A stretch of DNA of 61,339 nucleotides from Deltaproteobacteria bacterium (GTDB taxonomy: Bacteria > Bdellovibrionota_C > UBA2361 > OMII01). Under the pieces are notes generated by a model. The model was not told where the DNA came from. It saw only the letters and a list, made by a program, of their open reading frames with translations, and did not search any database. Below, one piece after another: positions 57,946-61,339 of this stretch. The stretch lies in assembly GCA_947491545.1 (NCBI GenBank), contig CANLJX010000003.1, forward strand, positions 1-61,339. Direction: 5' to 3'. A program made the position numbers and the translations under genes. Position 1 is the stretch's first letter. Each line of letters begins with the position of its first letter.

Positions 57946-58040
57946 ATCCTAAGCCTTGTTAGCTCTATTCCGTACAGGAACCACTTCGATGGCGGCCCCG
58001 GGCCGTTGCGGCCCCTCCCAAAGGTGTTATAAGCCACGGT

Positions 58041-59396
58041 ATGGGGTTAGAGCCTAAAGCAACAGTGAACCCGAGCGTGGAGCCGTCTGAGAGCGAGAAA
58101 CCAGCCTCAGCCGTGTGCACAACCAGTCCAAGAGCACATTCAGCCCTAAGCCTCCTTGCTGATGAATCCCTTACCATTCGCCGCGGGGCAGCCGAGCACA
58201 TTCTCTTCTCGGTACGGAGCTTCAATTCGGTGCCCAGAGAAGTTGTGAGACGTCTCTGCGAGGAGCCGGACACGGAGTTGGTCTCCTCGCTGCTCTCGTT
58301 TCTCGGAGCCGTGAAGGATCCAGCTGGTGTCGCCCCAGTTCTGTGCGCGCGCTTCATATCGGACTCTCGGCCTGGTGTTGCGATTGATGCGGCTGCTGCG
58401 CTTGGCGAGATCGCTACGCGGTCGAGCTCACCAATCTTGCCGATGGCCGTGCTTTGGAGCGTTACCCCATCACAAGGTGATCCACGACTCAAAGCCTTCG
58501 CCTCCGGAGCTGGAGGGGCAGCTCAACAGCGTGATATCCAGGATCTGGTCTCGCGCTGCCTACGACTCTCTGAGCGTGCCCAGAAAACGGAACTCAAGCA
58601 TACCACCCATCCGATTGAGGGTTCATGGAAGGAAGAGCAGCTTCACGTAGTTCTCATCGGCCTGTGCTCGCCGGGTGAGACTGTTCGGTCGTTCGCGCTG
58701 AAGCTGCTCACCCTGTACGCAGACCAGCTTCCTCCTGAGTATCTGCCCAAGGTCTGGACAAGTTTGTCGTTTGTCATGGACCGTCTCGAAAACGCGAGCC
58801 CTGTGAAGCAATTCGAGTACTTCAACGCGATGCGAAGGTTGGAGTTGCCAGAGGAATTAGCGCCACTCGTTGAGAGCTTTAAGTGCCGCGCGCAGTCGGT
58901 AACGAGTATGGGGCGGGATTTTACTGCCGTCTATCTTGCCCGCCGGGGTATTCCAGTCGGAGCAGTGGCAAGGACAGAGGAGATGCTCTGGTCGGATATG
59001 GCATCGGCCAGTGGTGGAGCTGCCAGTAACTTTATCATATTAGCCGGACTTGATGATACTAATCCCGCTCTGGCGTGGAAGATGGTTCGAATGGCTCTTG
59101 AAGCAGCTGTCGAGCGCTCCGGCGACGGGAATGCTGTTGTTCGGGAGCTTTTACGGGCTTTTTCCCTGCTGGAGGCCTGTCAGCCGGAGGCGCTCAATTT
59201 CTGTGCTGACATGGTCGCCAGGAGCTCATCTCCGGATGTGCTGACTATGACAGCTCGGTTGCTCGGATGCATTCCATGGGAGAATGACGAAGTCCTCACT
59301 GGAGCGGGCGAGCTTCTGCAAGTGCTCACAAAGTCGCGATTCACGCGCGTGGCGATTGCCGCCGGGAAAGTCTTGGCAAAGGCGTCGGAAAGCTAG
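58041..59396 (+). CDS. Cytoplasmic HEAT-like repeat protein, 451 aa
   Basis: ATG ORF 95 nt after the kinase stop. HEAT/PBS-lyase-like segments recur (IRRGAAEHIL, GVAIDAAAALGEI, RVAIAAGKVLAK). No signal peptide. The 3' end overlaps the convergent yebC by 4 nt. Confidence 0.6.
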   Translation: MGLEPKATVNPSVEPSESEKPASAVCTTSPRAHSALSLLADESLTIRRGAAEHILFSVRSFNSVPREVVRRLCEEPDTELVSSLLSFLGAVKDPAGVAPVLCARFISDSRPGVAIDAAAALGEIATRSSSPILPMAVLWSVTPSQGDPRLKAFASGAGGAAQQRDIQDLVSRCLRLSERAQKTELKHTTHPIEGSWKEEQLHVVLIGLCSPGETVRSFALKLLTLYADQLPPEYLPKVWTSLSFVMDRLENASPVKQFEYFNAMRRLELPEELAPLVESFKCRAQSVTSMGRDFTAVYLARRGIPVGAVARTEEMLWSDMASASGGAASNFIILAGLDDTNPALAWKMVRMALEAAVERSGDGNAVVRELLRAFSLLEACQPEALNFCADMVARSSSPDVLTMTARLLGCIPWENDEVLTGAGELLQVLTKSRFTRVAIAAGKVLAKASES

Positions 59397-60112
59397 TCGC
59401 CCTCGCTCTGCATGTTGTGGAAGACGGTCTGCACGTCGTCGTCTTCTTCAAGTCTCTCAATTAGCTTCTGTATCTCCTGCTCCTGCTCAGCTGTGACTTT
59501 GACGTAGCTGGTGGGGATCCGCTGTGGAGCGGCACTCTTCACCTCAACCTTGTGGGCCTCGAGAACCTTCTGCAGGTCGCCGAATTGCTTGAAGTTTGAG
59601 TAGAGCAGGAGTCCGTCATCGGCTTCAAAGATATCCTCAAGGCCGTGATCGATTAGCTCAAGCTCAAGCTCATCCATGTCGCCAGCAGGCGGGACGATCT
59701 TGAATACCCCTTTGCGGTCAAAGATGTAATCGAGTGCTCCAGAAGTTGCCAGGTTGCCGCCGTTCTTCGTCACGATGTTGCGCACATTCGCCACGGTGCG
59801 AGTGCCATTATCGGTTGCAGTTTCAATGTAGAGTCCGACACCGTGCGGGGCAAAAGCCTCGTAGGTCACTTCGCTCAAGTCAGCCGCGTCCTTCGCTGAA
59901 GCTCGCTTGATAGCCCCCTCGATGCGATCCTTTGGCATATTGAGTGAACGGGCGGTCTGCACAGCCATGCGCAGTCGAGGGTTGCTGTCTGGCTCTGGGC
60001 CACCCAGCTTCACGGCGATCGCGATCTCTTTGCCTAGTTTGGTGAACGCCTTGGCGGTCTTCGCCCAGCGGGCGAACATGCGGTCTTTACGCTTCTCAAA
60101 AATGCGACCCAT
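59393..60112 (-). CDS. yebC: YebC/PmpR family DNA-binding transcriptional regulator
   Basis: MGRIFEKRK..K.AKAFTKLGKEI..AVK.GGPEPDSNPRLR.AV..AR..NMPKD.IE.AI.R; length 239 aa. Confidence 0.93.
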   Translation of the reverse strand: MGRIFEKRKDRMFARWAKTAKAFTKLGKEIAIAVKLGGPEPDSNPRLRMAVQTARSLNMPKDRIEGAIKRASAKDAADLSEVTYEAFAPHGVGLYIETATDNGTRTVANVRNIVTKNGGNLATSGALDYIFDRKGVFKIVPPAGDMDELELELIDHGLEDIFEADDGLLLYSNFKQFGDLQKVLEAHKVEVKSAAPQRIPTSYVKVTAEQEQEIQKLIERLEEDDDVQTVFHNMQSEGD

Positions 60113-60281
60113 AGCACTCTAGTAGTTCAAAAAAACAGCAAGAGAGTATCGCTAAGAGCGGACTGAGGCAAATGGAGAAAGAGGAGTAAATTCAATGAGT
60201 CCGGTCGTGTGACGGGAGAGCTCCGGACTGTGCCAATGCCGCGCTCGCGGCTCAGATCCAGCGGGTTGGAATGGGATTGGG

Positions 60282-61136
60282 CTACGATTCAGACACCTCG
60301 CTTCCGCAGTCGGCTGCACCGAGCAAAGCCCTGGTGATCGCCATGCGCTGAGCGGCGTGTGCGATTACCGCTCGGGGGCAGCCCACCTGCAGAGCTCGAG
60401 CGGCGCACTCAACCTTCGGTATCATTCCGCCTGAGATTGCTCCGACCTCGATCAGCTCTGCGATCAACGCTGGCGTTAGGCGCGGGATAACCTCGCCCTT
60501 ACGCTTTACTCCCGGAACATCCGTCAGGAAGACGCAGCATGCAGCCCGCACCGAGCCAGATAGGGCAGCTGCGGCGTAGTCGGCGTTGAGGTTAAGCGCT
60601 GAGCCGTCACTCGCCTCGCCGACTGGGCTAATCACCGGAACGAAACCTCCGCGCAGCACGGCCTCGACCGCCGAGGGGTCCGAGCTCTGAACCTCTCCGG
60701 TGCGCCCAAGATCTTCGCCACGTTTGCTACGAAGCTTAATGGCTCGGAGCAGCCCTGCGTCGCGACCAGATAGCCCGATAGCGGGCGCTCCGGCGCCGGT
60801 GATGCGTGACACAAGGTCGCTGTTAATCGTGCCCGACAGCGCCATCTCGGTCGCCACCATCGTTTCATCGTCGGTAACGCGCAGTCCATCGATAAAGCGG
60901 GATGGCAAGCCGAGCCGCTCAAGGAGGCGTGAGATCTCCTTTCCGCCGCCGTGGACCACGACGATCTCGATTCCAAAACGGGCAAGGGCGGCAACTTCGG
61001 AGCAGACTAGCTGCTTGGTGGCGCTATCTTCCATGGCTGCGCCGCCGTACTTCACGAGAACCCTTTTTCCTCGGAGCTGCTGTAGCTCGGGGTGCGAGGC
61101 CTCGATCTCGGCCGGATTGATGGCGTTGTGGCTCAT
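60282..61136 (-). CDS. argB: Acetylglutamate kinase
   Basis: GKRVLVKYGGAAM, VVVHGGGKEISRLLERLG, FIDGLRVTD, LNLNADYAAAAL, LTDVPGV and GGMIPKV are present. The ATG overlaps the argC stop (ATGA). Confidence 0.95.
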   Translation of the reverse strand: MSHNAINPAEIEASHPELQQLRGKRVLVKYGGAAMEDSATKQLVCSEVAALARFGIEIVVVHGGGKEISRLLERLGLPSRFIDGLRVTDDETMVATEMALSGTINSDLVSRITGAGAPAIGLSGRDAGLLRAIKLRSKRGEDLGRTGEVQSSDPSAVEAVLRGGFVPVISPVGEASDGSALNLNADYAAAALSGSVRAACCVFLTDVPGVKRKGEVIPRLTPALIAELIEVGAISGGMIPKVECAARALQVGCPRAVIAHAAQRMAITRALLGAADCGSEVSES

Positions 61137-61339
61137 GCTGGACCCACGGAGGCGTGAAGAAGACCCGTGGTCTCTGGCAGGCCGAACATGAGGTTTAAGT
61201 TCTGAAGAGCCGAGCCAACCATTCCCTTTCCCAGGTTATCGAGGGCTGCCATCACCACGAGCTGCTTGCCACGCAGAGCGAATGAGATATCGCAGAAGTT
61301 CGTCCCAACAACATCAACAAGGCGCGGCGGGGCAGCGCG
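61133..61339 (-). CDS. argC: N-acetyl-gamma-glutamyl-phosphate reductase, C-terminal 68 codons (5' end outside the window)
   Basis: Hand translation of the minus strand gives ...VVGTNFCDISFALRGKQLVVMAALDNLGKGMVGSALQNLNLMFGLPETTGL..., matching the ArgC C-terminus ([23 protein letters not shown]). Confidence 0.85.
   Translation of the reverse strand, partial: RAAPPRLVDVVGTNFCDISFALRGKQLVVMAALDNLGKGMVGSALQNLNLMFGLPETTGLLHASVGPA

Overview
This is a visibly GC-rich chromosomal segment from a diderm bacterium. Evidence for that envelope type: lipobox lipoproteins, a beta-barrel protein ending in Phe, heme A synthase and NuoF. The genetic code is standard (TGA, TAG and TAA all terminate well-supported genes). 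GTG/TTG starts are frequent and several gene pairs share 4-nt start/stop overlaps. I support about 40 genes, one tRNA-Leu(CAG), one clear rho-independent terminator, one pseudogene and two structured repeats. Most of the window is housekeeping: uvrB, lepA, gnd, dapF, argJ, argB, partial argC, yebC, rlmC, leucine dehydrogenase, an ALDH7-type dehydrogenase, ugd, UDP-xylose synthase, nuoF and ctaA. I found no CRISPR array, intact transposase, integrase, reverse transcriptase or recognisable defence cassette. The points worth a second look, in window order: (1) a compound 127-bp tandem repeat with conserved stem-loops at the 5' edge, next to an orphan 581-aa helical protein; (2) a cyclic beta-1,2-glucan locus (10172-27007) where the 2958-aa synthase sits with two different ABC half-transporters, a signal-peptide HEAT-like repeat protein and a polytopic membrane protein; (3) a decayed glycerophosphodiester phosphodiesterase pseudogene that the ORF track misses; (4) a RibBA-like protein that has lost the catalytic residues of both domains and is translationally coupled to a SAMHD1-like HD phosphohydrolase; (5) an unlisted 52-aa DUF5989-type membrane protein; (6) an isolated nuoF apparently co-transcribed with a secreted phosphodiester glycosidase; (7) two tandem GT-C-like membrane proteins near a UDP-xylose pathway; (8) a putative trans-envelope signalling module at 52107-59396 (FecR-TPR-beta-barrel fusion, divergent Ser/Thr kinase with a C-terminal CHASE2 sensor, HEAT-like protein). 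Items 4 and 8 are my best candidates for undescribed biology. All homology calls come from motif recognition by eye and need HMM or structure confirmation.
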